Shown: positions 35,251-44,567, counted from the first letter of the stretch. The stretch is DNA of 64,000 bases from an uncultured Solibacteraceae bacterium (GCA_964472275.1 CAYYJN010000006.1:9122-73121), one strand, 5' to 3'. The notes: generated by a model from the letters alone, not told the origin. Translations and numbers: made by a program.

Positions 35251-35287
35251 TTTTCAATCTGTGTAATCCGTGGAATCTGTGGATTGG
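35205..35287. repeat. intergenic palindromic element, copy H (CACAGATT word arms)
   Basis: The arms (35205-35238 and 35255-35287) are 28/33 complementary by my alignment. The 16-nt loop contains the ORF ATG of aroDE (35250). The right arm adjoins the mazG stop (35254-35256). Confidence 0.85.
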
Positions 35288-36072
35288 CAGTTTTTCTTCG
35301 CCGCCTGCCACGCGGCTTCCATCTGGACGAGGCTGCGATGCTCCCAGCCGCCATGGGCGTGGGCATCGTCCTCCACCTTCTCAAAGCGGTCTTTGAAGCG
35401 CGTCATCTGGCGACGCAGGGCGCGGTCGGGGTCGAGGCCCTTGTAGCGCGCCCACTGGATGAGGCTGAAAAGCAGGTCGCCGAATTCCTCTTCGACGCGG
35501 CGCGGTTCGGACTCGGCGCGCAGCTCTTCCAGCTCTTCGGCCACCTTGTCCATGACGCCATCCAGGTCGGGCCATTCGAAGCCCACCTTGGCGCAGCGGC
35601 GGCCGATCTCCATGGCCTCCTCCAGCGGCGAAAGGCTCGCGGCGAGGCCTTCCAGCAGGCGGCGCTCGGCGGCCTCGCCTTGGGCGGCGCGCTCCTCGGC
35701 CTTGATGGCCTCCCAGTTGGCGACGACGCCTTCCGCGCCGTCCACTTCGACTTCGCCGAACACATGGGGGTGGCGCCGCACGAGCTTGTCCACGACCGCG
35801 CGTTCGACGCCGTCCAGATCAAAGGCGCCCCGCTCCGAAGCCACCTGCGCATGGAAGACCACTTGAAGCCAGAGGTCGCCCAGCTCCTCCTTCAGATGCG
35901 CTTCAGAGGCGGCGGCACCCGGCCGGTGCGCGGCCAGCGCGTCCAGCACCTCCGCGGCCTCTTCCCGCAGGTACTTCGCGAGGCTCTGATGGTCCTGCTT
36001 CAAATCCCACGGACAACCGCCCTCCGGATCGCGGAGACGGGCCATGACGGCGCGGAGGGTTGTGGGCGTCAT
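35254..36072 (-). CDS. mazG: nucleoside triphosphate pyrophosphohydrolase MazG
   Basis: Start at Met24 (ATGA overlap with the upstream gene). Two MazG repeats are present: EEAAEVLDAL..ELGDLWLQVVFHA and EEFGDLLFSLIQWARYKGLDPD. Confidence 0.9.
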   Translation of the reverse strand: MTPTTLRAVMARLRDPEGGCPWDLKQDHQSLAKYLREEAAEVLDALAAHRPGAAASEAHLKEELGDLWLQVVFHAQVASERGAFDLDGVERAVVDKLVRRHPHVFGEVEVDGAEGVVANWEAIKAEERAAQGEAAERRLLEGLAASLSPLEEAMEIGRRCAKVGFEWPDLDGVMDKVAEELEELRAESEPRRVEEEFGDLLFSLIQWARYKGLDPDRALRRQMTRFKDRFEKVEDDAHAHGGWEHRSLVQMEAAWQAAKKNCQSTDSTDYTD

Positions 36073-38015
36073 CGGGCCTCCGGCGCGGCGATCTTCCCCG
36101 CCAGCGCGCTGGCGGCGACGGTGGCGGGGCTGGCGAGCCACATCTGGCCGGGGCCGCTACGGCCGGGGAAGTTGCGGTTGATGGCGGAGATGGTCACCTG
36201 ATCGGCGCGCTCGCTGACGCCGGGGCCTGCGTTGATGCAGGCGCCGCAGGAACTGCCCAGCACGACGGCGCCCACGGCTTCGAAGGCGGCGATCCAGCCT
36301 TGCTCGGCGGCGAAGCGGCGCACCTCTTCGCTGCCACATTGGACGAAGAATTTGACGCCTTCTGGCACGCGCCGGCCCGCGCGGGCCGCGGGCGCGATCA
36401 CTTCAAAAGCCCGGCGCAGATCCTCGCGCTTGCCGCCCGTGCAACTGCCCAAGTAGGCGATGGCGATGGGCAATTCCGCGTCGAGGGCGGATAGAGCCAC
36501 GCCGTTCCCGGGATCGCCGGGCCGCGCCAGCATGGGCTCCAACGCGGCGCAGTCCACTTCGAGGGTGGCCGCATACTCGGCGCCTTCGTCGGAGCGCATC
36601 CAGCCTTCGATCGCGAGATCCACGCCGCGGCGTTCCTTCACGAAGCGCGCCGTCTCCGCGTCCGGCGCGATGAGGCCGGTGAAGCCGCCGATCTCCGCCA
36701 CCATGTTCGTCAGCGTCGCGCGCTCGTCCGTGTCGAGATCCGCCAGCGCCTCGCCCTGGTATTCGACGACGAGGCCGATGGCGCCGCCATCGCGGATGAG
36801 CGGCTGAGCCAGCAGGTGCAGCACGAGATCCTTCGCGCTCACGCCCGCGCGCAGGCGCCCACGCAAGCGGACGCGCAGCGTGCCTGGCACCGTCACGCGC
36901 GCATCGCCCGTCACCCAGGCGTTGGCGATGTCGGTCGTGCCCACGCCAAAGGCGAGGCAGCCCAGCGCGCCCGCGTGGGGCGTGTGGCTGTCGGTGCCGA
37001 CGACGACCTGGCCCGGAAGCGCGTAGCGCTCCGCCATGATCGAATGGCAGATGCCTTCGGAGCCGCTGCCGTCCGGCAGCTCGCCGTGCAAGCGAATGCC
37101 CTGTTCGGCGCAAAAGGCTTCCTGGAACCCTTTGAGGCGGTGGGCAACTTCCAGCAGGCCCATGGCGCGGTGCTCGGCCTTCATGCTGTGATGCAGGAAG
37201 GTGAGATGGTCGCGGAAGGCGAGGATCGTCTCCGGCTCCTTTACGCGCGCGCCCTCTCCCAGCGCGGCCTTGAGGAAGGTGGCCGCCATGGGCGTCACAT
37301 ACTCGTGGCTGAAGCGCCAGTCGGCTTTCACGAAGAGGCCATCGCCGGGCCGCACGCAGTCCAGGCCCGCATGATGGGCGAGGATCTTCTCCGCGTAGGT
37401 CATGGGCCGCACCGGATGCGATGGGACCGGAACCGTGACCTCCCCTTTCATGCGCGCCGCGTTGAAGGCGAAGAGGCCGCCGCGGCGGACGATCTCGGCG
37501 GTGATGGGATCGAGGCCTTCGGTGAATTCGGTAAGCGGGATCGCTTCGCCCGCGCGGAGGCGTTTGATGAGCCCGAAGTCCGTGCTCGTGAGCAGGCCGA
37601 GGTTCTGGCAGTTCTGGCGGTAGATGCGCTCGAAGCTTTCCGCGATGACGAGACGGATGCCCGCGCACAGCTCCGCGTAGGGCGAGGCTTCGCGGCTGGA
37701 GCCTTTGCCGCGGCGCTTGCCCGCCACGCTCACCGTGAACCCGCCCGCGCGCACGAGGCCTTCCTTGCAAGGGAAGGCCTCGCCGCACTTCAGACCGAGG
37801 TAGGGGAAGTCGCCGAGCTTTTCATCGAAGTGGTAGCAGATGAAGGCGGGCGTGATCTCATCTGTGCTGATCTGGTCGCGGAGTTTGCCCGCCTGCTCGA
37901 GGGAGAGATCCTCGCCCGCGAGCTGACGCGCGACGAGGTCCGCATCTTCGCTCAGGAAAAGAACGCGCCCTTCGAAATGGATCCGCTCAGGAAGCATCGT
38001 CCTTGCCTTCGGCAT
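36069..38015 (-). CDS. aconitase-family hydro-lyase with N-terminal LeuD-like swivel domain fused to a LeuC-like catalytic domain
   Basis: The N-terminus reads ISTDEITPA...GKGSSREASPYAEL...IAESFERIYRQNCQNLGLL (swivel domain). The Fe-S ligand contexts GTDSHT, GSCTGG and SCGACIN follow. Confidence 0.8.
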   Translation of the reverse strand: MPKARTMLPERIHFEGRVLFLSEDADLVARQLAGEDLSLEQAGKLRDQISTDEITPAFICYHFDEKLGDFPYLGLKCGEAFPCKEGLVRAGGFTVSVAGKRRGKGSSREASPYAELCAGIRLVIAESFERIYRQNCQNLGLLTSTDFGLIKRLRAGEAIPLTEFTEGLDPITAEIVRRGGLFAFNAARMKGEVTVPVPSHPVRPMTYAEKILAHHAGLDCVRPGDGLFVKADWRFSHEYVTPMAATFLKAALGEGARVKEPETILAFRDHLTFLHHSMKAEHRAMGLLEVAHRLKGFQEAFCAEQGIRLHGELPDGSGSEGICHSIMAERYALPGQVVVGTDSHTPHAGALGCLAFGVGTTDIANAWVTGDARVTVPGTLRVRLRGRLRAGVSAKDLVLHLLAQPLIRDGGAIGLVVEYQGEALADLDTDERATLTNMVAEIGGFTGLIAPDAETARFVKERRGVDLAIEGWMRSDEGAEYAATLEVDCAALEPMLARPGDPGNGVALSALDAELPIAIAYLGSCTGGKREDLRRAFEVIAPAARAGRRVPEGVKFFVQCGSEEVRRFAAEQGWIAAFEAVGAVVLGSSCGACINAGPGVSERADQVTISAINRNFPGRSGPGQMWLASPATVAASALAGKIAAPEAR

Positions 38016-39243
38016 CCTTCAGCGCCGCGTCCTGCACGGCGCGGAGGGGCTGGCCCGTCTTTCGCGCGACGGCCGCTGCGTCCTCGAACTCCGGGTTGCG
38101 CGTGGCGCCGTGGGGCCAGATGCCCTCCTTCACGGGCACGCGCGCGCCTTCGACGCGGGCTTCGATGAAGCGCCGTCCCGCTTCGGCGCGGTGCACGGGC
38201 CAACTGCGGATGCCGAGCGTGGGCAGCTCCGCCGAGATGCGCTGCTGCACCGGCTCCACCTTCCCGGCGGGAACGAGGGCCGAGACGATCCAACCGCTGC
38301 GCCCCTTCTTGAAGGTGGCGGGCGACACCCACACATCCACCGCGCCCGCTTCCAGCAGGCGTTCCTGGGCGAAGGCCACCTGCTGCGGCGTGGCGTCGTC
38401 CACATTGGTTTCGATCTGGACGAGGCCCGCGCCGCCGCCGGGCACCTCGCCCCACACGAGGCGAACGGCGTTGGGCGAATCCGCGAAATCCCAGCCGCCG
38501 CAGGCGTAGGCGATGCGTTCGGGGATGAAGCGCTCGGGCGCGCGGCGGCGCGACGCGAATACGGAGGCCAGCGCCGCGCCCGTGGGCGTGCAGAGCTCCT
38601 TGCCCTCCGGCGCCACGCCGGGCCGGGTCTCGAAGCCTTCCAGCAGGTAGTGCGTCGCCGGACCAGGGATCGGATAGAGGCCGTGGGCCATCTTCACCGT
38701 GCCCTTGCCCGTGGCGATGGGGCCGATCCAGGTTTCGGGCTCTCCGAGCGCGACGAAGCCCACGGCCGCGAGCGCCATGTCGGCGATGGAATCTTTGAGG
38801 CCGACCTCGTGGAAATGGATCTCGTCCATGGGCATGCCGTGGACCTTGGCCTCGGCGCGGCCCAGGGCCTCGAAGGCGGCGCGGGCCAGTTCCGAGGCGC
38901 GGCCGCCGAGGTGCTTCGCCAGCAGTGCGTCCACTTCCTTCCAGGAAAGGCCGTGCTGGTGGCCGCCCACGGTGCGGCGCGAGGCGACGCGCTTCGACCC
39001 GGCGGGCAGCTCGATGTGGGAGAGGTCCGAGCCCTCGTCCACGCGCCCGCCGATGACGACCTTGGCGCGCAGGCCCTCCAGCCCACAGCGCATCGCCGGC
39101 TCCAGGCGCAGCTCCAGATCCGCGAAGGGCAGCTTGCGGAGCGCGGCCTTCAGCTCCGCCTCCGGCGCGCCAAGCGCGGCGAAGGAAGCGACCCAGAGAT
39201 CGCCCGACAGGCCGGAGAAGGGGTCCACCCAGAGCTGCGACAT
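37987..39243 (-). CDS. larC: LarC-family nickel insertion protein (DUF111)
   Basis: The N-terminal DPFSGLSGDLW signature is present. The 418-aa layout matches the LarC/UPF0272 family. It overlaps the downstream aconitase-family ORF by 29 nt. Confidence 0.82.
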   Translation of the reverse strand: MSQLWVDPFSGLSGDLWVASFAALGAPEAELKAALRKLPFADLELRLEPAMRCGLEGLRAKVVIGGRVDEGSDLSHIELPAGSKRVASRRTVGGHQHGLSWKEVDALLAKHLGGRASELARAAFEALGRAEAKVHGMPMDEIHFHEVGLKDSIADMALAAVGFVALGEPETWIGPIATGKGTVKMAHGLYPIPGPATHYLLEGFETRPGVAPEGKELCTPTGAALASVFASRRRAPERFIPERIAYACGGWDFADSPNAVRLVWGEVPGGGAGLVQIETNVDDATPQQVAFAQERLLEAGAVDVWVSPATFKKGRSGWIVSALVPAGKVEPVQQRISAELPTLGIRSWPVHRAEAGRRFIEARVEGARVPVKEGIWPHGATRNPEFEDAAAVARKTGQPLRAVQDAALKDAEGKDDAS

Positions 39244-39284
39244 GCATTAAGGATAAGGCTGCGGACTGCGGGCTGGAGGCAAAA

Positions 39285-39310
39285 CGAAGGGCCCCTCGCG
39301 GGGCCCTTCG
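39285..39310 (-). terminator. hairpin terminator
   Basis: CGAAGGGCCCC-TCGC-GGGGCCCTTCG has an 11-bp stem. It lies between the DUF1292 gene stop (39327) and the larC start (39243). Confidence 0.65.
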
Positions 39311-39326
39311 GCGGCGGCGGGGCCGC

Positions 39327-39668
39327 TCAGTCCTTGTCTTCTTCCTCGGCCAGCTTGGCGGCCTGGTCATCCAGGTGCTTCATGAGGCGCTGGGCCATGT
39401 CCTCGTCTTCGAGGGGCGAGAACATCTCATCCTTGACCTCGAAGATCTCGATGGAGAGGTCAACCTCTTCGCCTTCGCTCTGGGCCTGCACCTCGGAGAG
39501 GGGGGCTAGGATGCAGAAGTGGCGGGACTCGAAGTCTAGCTCTTCGAGGATGGCGAACTCTTCCTTCTCGCCGTTCTCGTCTTCGAGTTCGACGACTTCG
39601 ATCTCGAAATCCTCGTGCTCATGATCGTGGTTGCAATCCGGGCCGTGCTCGTGTCCTTCGTGAGCCAT
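39327..39668 (-). CDS. DUF1292-family protein with His-rich N-terminal extension
   Basis: The acidic core reads VVELEDENGEKEEFAILEELDFESRHFCILAP...IEIFEVKDE, typical of DUF1292. The N-terminus is MAHEGHEHGPDCNHDHEHED. Confidence 0.75.
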   Translation of the reverse strand: MAHEGHEHGPDCNHDHEHEDFEIEVVELEDENGEKEEFAILEELDFESRHFCILAPLSEVQAQSEGEEVDLSIEIFEVKDEMFSPLEDEDMAQRLMKHLDDQAAKLAEEEDKD

Positions 39669-39743
39669 GGGGGCTCCTCCTCAGCGCAATGAACCAGGGT
39701 ATCGCCCGGATGAGGGGCGGGCCAGAAACTTTTCTGGGACCTC

Positions 39744-39802
39744 GGGCCCCGGACCTCGGACCTCGGGCTTTCCCGGGGCCCGAGGCCCGAGGTCCGGGGC
39801 CC
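39744..39802. repeat. intergenic palindromic element, copy G (GGACCTCG word arms)
   Basis: A 25-nt stem, GGGCCCCGGACCTCGGACCTCGGGC (39744-39768), pairs with 39778-39802 with one mismatch. The loop is 9 nt. It lies directly after the stop of 39804..40877. Confidence 0.85.
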
Positions 39803-39803
39803 G

Positions 39804-40877
39804 CTAGCGGTTCTCCCCTTGCAGGTAATACGCGCCGTTCCTGGTCTTGAGGAAGGCGTCGAAGGGGATCTCCTCCTGCTTGAGGAAGCCCTTCTGGGGC
39901 AGCTTGCCGTCGCGGACCATCTCCACCACGGCGGCGATGCTGGCGGCGGTGGTCCAGCTGATGGCGCGCCACTCGGCGCCGGCCACCTGCATCTCGGGGT
40001 AGGCGCGGACGAATTCCTCGCGGGCCAACATGCCATTCTTCCAGCCCTCCACCGCGGCGTGGACGAACACATAGTCCTCGGCCGTGGGCGGCAGGGCGTT
40101 CTTGAGGATCTTGCCGAGCAGGTCGCGGTCCTCCTGGAGGCGCAGTTCCTGGAAGAGGAACTTGATCTGCTCGAAGTGGCCCAGGTAGCGCATGGTCTTG
40201 TAGTGCAGGTCGCGCACCTTGCCCGCGTAGGTCTCACACATGGTGCCGAGGCCGCCGCTGGTGGTCGCGGCTTCGAGTTGCAGGCCGTTGATGTTCACGA
40301 TCTCGTAGCCTTCCAGCGCGGGCACCATCTGGGCCACGCCGCCGCGGATGACTTCGCAATCGTTGATGTATTCGTTGATGACGCCCTCGGGGCTCCAGTT
40401 GAAGGCGTAGCCCAGCTTGCCGCGCGGGTGCTTGGGCAGCGCGCCCACCTTCAGCTCGATGCTGCGGAGGGAGTCGAACTTCTTCGCCAGATCCGCGCCC
40501 ACGATGCCGATGAAGCCCGGCGCCAGGCCGCACTGGGGCGCCATGAGGCCCTTGCTCGTCTCCGCCAGCTTGCGGATGTGGTTCGTCGTCGGCACATCCT
40601 CGGTGAGGTCGAAGTAGTGGATGCCAGCGGCGGCGGCCTCGGTGGAGAGCGCGATGTTCAGGTGGAAGGGCAGGCAGGACACGAGGGCGTCCGCGTCCTT
40701 GAGCAGCGGGCGCAGCGCGGCGGGATCGTTGAGGTCCACCACCTTCGTCGCGAAGGGCAGGCCCTTGCGCTCGACGGCGTCGAGGCCGGTCACTTCAAAC
40801 TGCGATTCATGCAGCAGGGTGGCGACGAGGGTGCCGACCTTGCCGAGGCCCATGACGATGACGCGCTTCAGGCTCAT
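39804..40877 (-). CDS. saccharopine dehydrogenase-family oxidoreductase
   Basis: The Rossmann motif VIVMGLGKVGTLVA is present, with QCGLAPGFIGIVG and NWSPEGVINEY segments typical of the family. It is coupled by a 4-nt overlap to the upstream Lrp regulator. Confidence 0.78.
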   Translation of the reverse strand: MSLKRVIVMGLGKVGTLVATLLHESQFEVTGLDAVERKGLPFATKVVDLNDPAALRPLLKDADALVSCLPFHLNIALSTEAAAAGIHYFDLTEDVPTTNHIRKLAETSKGLMAPQCGLAPGFIGIVGADLAKKFDSLRSIELKVGALPKHPRGKLGYAFNWSPEGVINEYINDCEVIRGGVAQMVPALEGYEIVNINGLQLEAATTSGGLGTMCETYAGKVRDLHYKTMRYLGHFEQIKFLFQELRLQEDRDLLGKILKNALPPTAEDYVFVHAAVEGWKNGMLAREEFVRAYPEMQVAGAEWRAISWTTAASIAAVVEMVRDGKLPQKGFLKQEEIPFDAFLKTRNGAYYLQGENR

Positions 40878-41350
40878 GCCTTCTCCTTCTTGTGCTTGGA
40901 AACGGAAATCGGGAGGCGCGAGGCCTCCTTCGTGGTTTCGAGTACGACGGTGGTGCGGGTGGCGCGAACGCCTTTGATGGCGCCGACTTCCTTCATGAGC
41001 TTCGATAGCGCGGCGGTGTCCTTCACCCGCACCTTCACGAGGTAGCAGTCCTCGCCGGCCACATGGTGGACTTCGAGGATCTCGGGGCGCTTGGCGAGCG
41101 CGCGGGCCGTGGCGTCGCCGCCGACGGGGTCTTCGGTGCGCACCGCGAGGAAGGCCAGCAGGCCCAAGTCCACGGCCGCCGGGGCGACGATGGCCGCGTA
41201 GCCCTGGATGAAGCCGCGCTCTTCCAGCTTCTTCACGCGCTCGAAGATGGCCGAGGCCGCCATGCCGAGGCTCCGCCCGATCTCCGCGTGGGAGGTCCGG
41301 CCGGCGTCCTGAAGGATCGCCAGAATTTTCTGGTCGGTGGCGTCAATCAC
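40874..41350 (-). CDS. Lrp/AsnC-family transcriptional regulator
   Basis: The HTH reads DQKILAILQDAGRTSHAEIGRSLGMAASAIFERVKKLEERGFI. The C-terminal RAM/AsnC_trans_reg domain reads EVHHVAGEDCYLVKVRV. Confidence 0.9.
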   Translation of the reverse strand: MIDATDQKILAILQDAGRTSHAEIGRSLGMAASAIFERVKKLEERGFIQGYAAIVAPAAVDLGLLAFLAVRTEDPVGGDATARALAKRPEILEVHHVAGEDCYLVKVRVKDTAALSKLMKEVGAIKGVRATRTTVVLETTKEASRLPISVSKHKKEKA

Positions 41351-41393
41351 TCGGTCAAAGTCCGAAAGTACCGAATGATTTTAACACGGCCCC

Positions 41394-42296
41394 CTAGCCG
41401 TTCCGCACCCTCAATTCTGGCGGGGGCGGGCATTCCAGCTCCAGCCAGAGGCTCGTGCGGGGGTGCGCGAAGCCCAAACGGTGCGCGTGCAGGAGGTAGC
41501 CGAGGTCGCCCGGAAGGGCTTCGGTTCCCGGCCTCGGGCCGCCGCCGGGTCCATAGAGCGGATCGCCGACCAGCGGATGGCCCAAGGCCGCCATGTGGAT
41601 GCGGATCTGGTGGGGGCGGCCCGTCTCGATCCGCACCTCCACGAGACTCGTTTCCGCGCGGCGCTCCAACACGCGCGCATGGCTGAGGGCGGGCTTGCCT
41701 TCGGGATTGGCGGCGTGGACCGTGCCGAGCGTCGCATGGGGAACGGGGCCGATGGGCGCTTCGATGATGAAGGCGTCCTCGCTTGGGTGCCCTTCGACGA
41801 GCGCGCGATACACCTTCACCAGCTCGCGCCCGCGAAGGGCTTCGCAAAGGGCGCGATGGGCCTCCTGATTCCGGCTGAACAGCACGAGGCCCGAAGTGCC
41901 GCGCCCGAGGCGATGGATGGGCGAGGCGCCCGCGTCCCGCCGCCGCACGAGATGCAACAGCGTGTGCTCCAGGAACCCGCCGCCAGGATTCGTCGGCAGG
42001 CCCGAAGGCTTCGCCACCGCCAACACAGCGTCGTCTTCATGAAGGACCGCGAAGGAGAGGGGAACTTCCGGCTCCTCCCAGGGCGGGCGCACCCACGCGA
42101 TCACCTGCCCGCGCGCGAGCCGAGTCTCCGCCAAGGCGGACGCGCCATCCACCAGCACGCGCCCTTCCGCGATGCGCTCGCGCCACACGGCTTCGCCGGA
42201 ATGCTCGTGGCGCGTGGCGAGATGGGCGAGGAGGGACCGGCCTTCATCCCGCGAGCCCACGACCTCCGTGTAGGTGAAGCCCCCATTCATCGCCAT
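41394..42296 (-). CDS. RluA-family pseudouridine synthase
   Basis: An S4-like N-terminus is followed by the catalytic motif HRLGRGTSGLVLFSR and the C-terminal GRPHQIRIHMAALGHPLVGDPLY. Confidence 0.88.
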   Translation of the reverse strand: MAMNGGFTYTEVVGSRDEGRSLLAHLATRHEHSGEAVWRERIAEGRVLVDGASALAETRLARGQVIAWVRPPWEEPEVPLSFAVLHEDDAVLAVAKPSGLPTNPGGGFLEHTLLHLVRRRDAGASPIHRLGRGTSGLVLFSRNQEAHRALCEALRGRELVKVYRALVEGHPSEDAFIIEAPIGPVPHATLGTVHAANPEGKPALSHARVLERRAETSLVEVRIETGRPHQIRIHMAALGHPLVGDPLYGPGGGPRPGTEALPGDLGYLLHAHRLGFAHPRTSLWLELECPPPPELRVRNG

Positions 42297-42317
42297 CCGG
42301 CCAGGATAGCGAAGCCT

Positions 42318-44483
42318 TCAGAACTGATACGCGTAGGCCAGTTTCGCGAAGAGCCCGCGCTCGATCATGCGCTCCTGGGGGATGCCGATGATCGGGTCGC
42401 GGTGCCGTTGGCCGGACCAGCCCACATAGGCGGTGGTGAAGGCGTTGGGCTGCCAGCCCACGAAGGCCTTGAGGTACTTGTCCGTGGTGTTCGCGTAGGT
42501 TCCGTCGTAGCGCACGACGAAGGCCTGGGTCTTGAAATAGATGTAGCGCGGCATCTGCCAGGTGGCGGTGGTGGACAGTTCGCGGGCGCGGATGAGGCGC
42601 AGGCCGTCGGATTCGCGGGTCAGCTCCGCCTGCTGCGCATTGAATTGGTAGCCCACATCCAGGATCGCGCCGCTGGCGTTCGCGTCGTAGGTGTGGAGCC
42701 GCGCGGGTTGCCCGGAGCCGAGGTCAATGGTGCGGCCTTGGGTCGCGCGGATGAGCGCTTGAAGGGAACTGAGCCGCTTCCAGCTCAGGGCCATGTTGGC
42801 GTTCCAGGTGGAATTGGAAGTCACTTCATCATTCGCCCAGCTTCGCCCGGCGATGTCCCAATCCAGACTCCAGGCCCAGCGCCCGGCCGTCTCCAGGAAG
42901 GTCGAGAGGCTGATGGCGCGGTCGAAGGGATGGCCGTCCCACCATTCGAGATTCCGCACGCGGAGCGTGGCGTTGGCCTGGGACAGCGCGCCCTGGTTCC
43001 AATTGGCCTGCCACCCGTATCCCGCCCGCTGGGTGCGGTAGCCGTTGAGGTCGGTGAAGCCCGAGACGAGCATGAGGTTGGGGCTCGTGGCCTGGGTGAA
43101 CAGGAAGGCGTTCCAGGTCCGGGTGTTCCAATCCAGTTCCAGCGCCGTCGCGGTGCCCGACTGCGAAAGCGTCGTCCCGTCCGCCTGGGGCAGGTGGGAC
43201 ACGGAGCGGATGGCGCTACCGATGAGGTGGAAGTCGGAGCCGAGCCACTTGTCGGCGTAGATGCCGCCGCTCTGGCCGCCCGCGCCATCCGGTCCGCCCA
43301 TGAGCGCCTTGTCCGTGCCCACGAGCGAGATGCCGGAACTGCGATCATCCAGCCGGAATCGCGCCGCCGCCGCCGTGTCGCGGGTGGGGAGCGTGTCCGC
43401 GCCCGCGCCGCCGTTGGCGTCCAGGATCAAGCCGCCTTCATCATCCTTGGCGTGCAGCACCGTCCAACTCGCCCAGGAGGATTGACCCGAGGCCTTCACG
43501 CCGTAGAGCGGCTCCTGCACCGTGCGACTGAAGAACTGCTGCTGCGCCCCGGTGATGCCCAGCAGCTCCATGCCTTCCAGGAAGAAGGGGCGATGCTCGG
43601 GGTAGAGGACCTTGAAGCGGCTGTTGATCTGGAGCGGGTCCACATCCGCGTCCACCGTGGCGAAGTCCGGGCGGTAAGTGCCCTCCAGCGTGACGGAGGT
43701 GCCCGAATAGCGCATGTCCAGGCCGAGCCGCGTCCGCTCGTCCGTGGGCGCGTTGTAGGCGTCGGTCTTCGTGTAGGTGACGGAGGGGATGACGAGGAAG
43801 GGCGACCCGGCCTGCGCCACGGGCGCGCCGGAGACCTTCGCCATCTGGCAGATGTCGCACTGCACATCCTTGCTCATGCGCGGCCAGGAGATGCCGTAGC
43901 GCCGCTCGCGGGGGATGATGCGGAGAATGCGCACGCCCCACTCGCCCGGGCGGCGGCGGAGGCTGCTGTAGGGCACGCGGAACTTCACGAGGTAACCCTT
44001 GGGCGTCAGCACGCCCACGGAGTCCCATAGGCAATCGTAGGAATAGTTCTCGCCCGTGGCGTCCGTCACGATGGCGTCGCCCTGGCAGCCTTCCGGCGTG
44101 GAGATGAGGCGGATGGTGCTCAGCCCCTTGCCGGACGCGTCAATGTCCAGGCCGATCAGGTCCATGTCGCCGCTGAAGTCGTCCCGCTTGCGGAGCGCGG
44201 AGCGGATCTTCGACGGGTCCGGATCTTCGCATTCGATCGCCACATAGAGCGCGTCCGGCCCCCACGCGAAGTGGGCGATGGTGGGCCAGCGATTCTCGCC
44301 CTTGTCATCCGGCATGATCATGCCGAAGTCCTTCACCACCCACGACCCTTCCCAAGTGGAAAGATCCGCGTCCGCCGCCATGGAGGGCGCCTTCGCCAAT
44401 CGGGGGAACGCGAGATGCGGCGGATTGGGCGCCTGGGCCTGAAGGAGGACCGAGCAGGCGAACGCCAGCGGCGGGATGCGCAT
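42318..44483 (-). CDS. outer-membrane beta-barrel protein with N-terminal CBM9/DUF5916-like domain
   Basis: Signal peptide MRIPPLAFACSVLLQAQA. Alternating beta-strand pattern throughout. The C-terminal FAKLAYAYQF ends in an OMP-type terminal Phe. Confidence 0.7.
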   Translation of the reverse strand: MRIPPLAFACSVLLQAQAPNPPHLAFPRLAKAPSMAADADLSTWEGSWVVKDFGMIMPDDKGENRWPTIAHFAWGPDALYVAIECEDPDPSKIRSALRKRDDFSGDMDLIGLDIDASGKGLSTIRLISTPEGCQGDAIVTDATGENYSYDCLWDSVGVLTPKGYLVKFRVPYSSLRRRPGEWGVRILRIIPRERRYGISWPRMSKDVQCDICQMAKVSGAPVAQAGSPFLVIPSVTYTKTDAYNAPTDERTRLGLDMRYSGTSVTLEGTYRPDFATVDADVDPLQINSRFKVLYPEHRPFFLEGMELLGITGAQQQFFSRTVQEPLYGVKASGQSSWASWTVLHAKDDEGGLILDANGGAGADTLPTRDTAAAARFRLDDRSSGISLVGTDKALMGGPDGAGGQSGGIYADKWLGSDFHLIGSAIRSVSHLPQADGTTLSQSGTATALELDWNTRTWNAFLFTQATSPNLMLVSGFTDLNGYRTQRAGYGWQANWNQGALSQANATLRVRNLEWWDGHPFDRAISLSTFLETAGRWAWSLDWDIAGRSWANDEVTSNSTWNANMALSWKRLSSLQALIRATQGRTIDLGSGQPARLHTYDANASGAILDVGYQFNAQQAELTRESDGLRLIRARELSTTATWQMPRYIYFKTQAFVVRYDGTYANTTDKYLKAFVGWQPNAFTTAYVGWSGQRHRDPIIGIPQERMIERGLFAKLAYAYQF

Positions 44484-44567
44484 AGGAAAGACCTCACCTT
44501 GAAGCGGTGTCGGAGTGGATTACGAAGGTCGGTGGAGGTGGTTTAGGGGCCCGACGGGAAACTCGTC

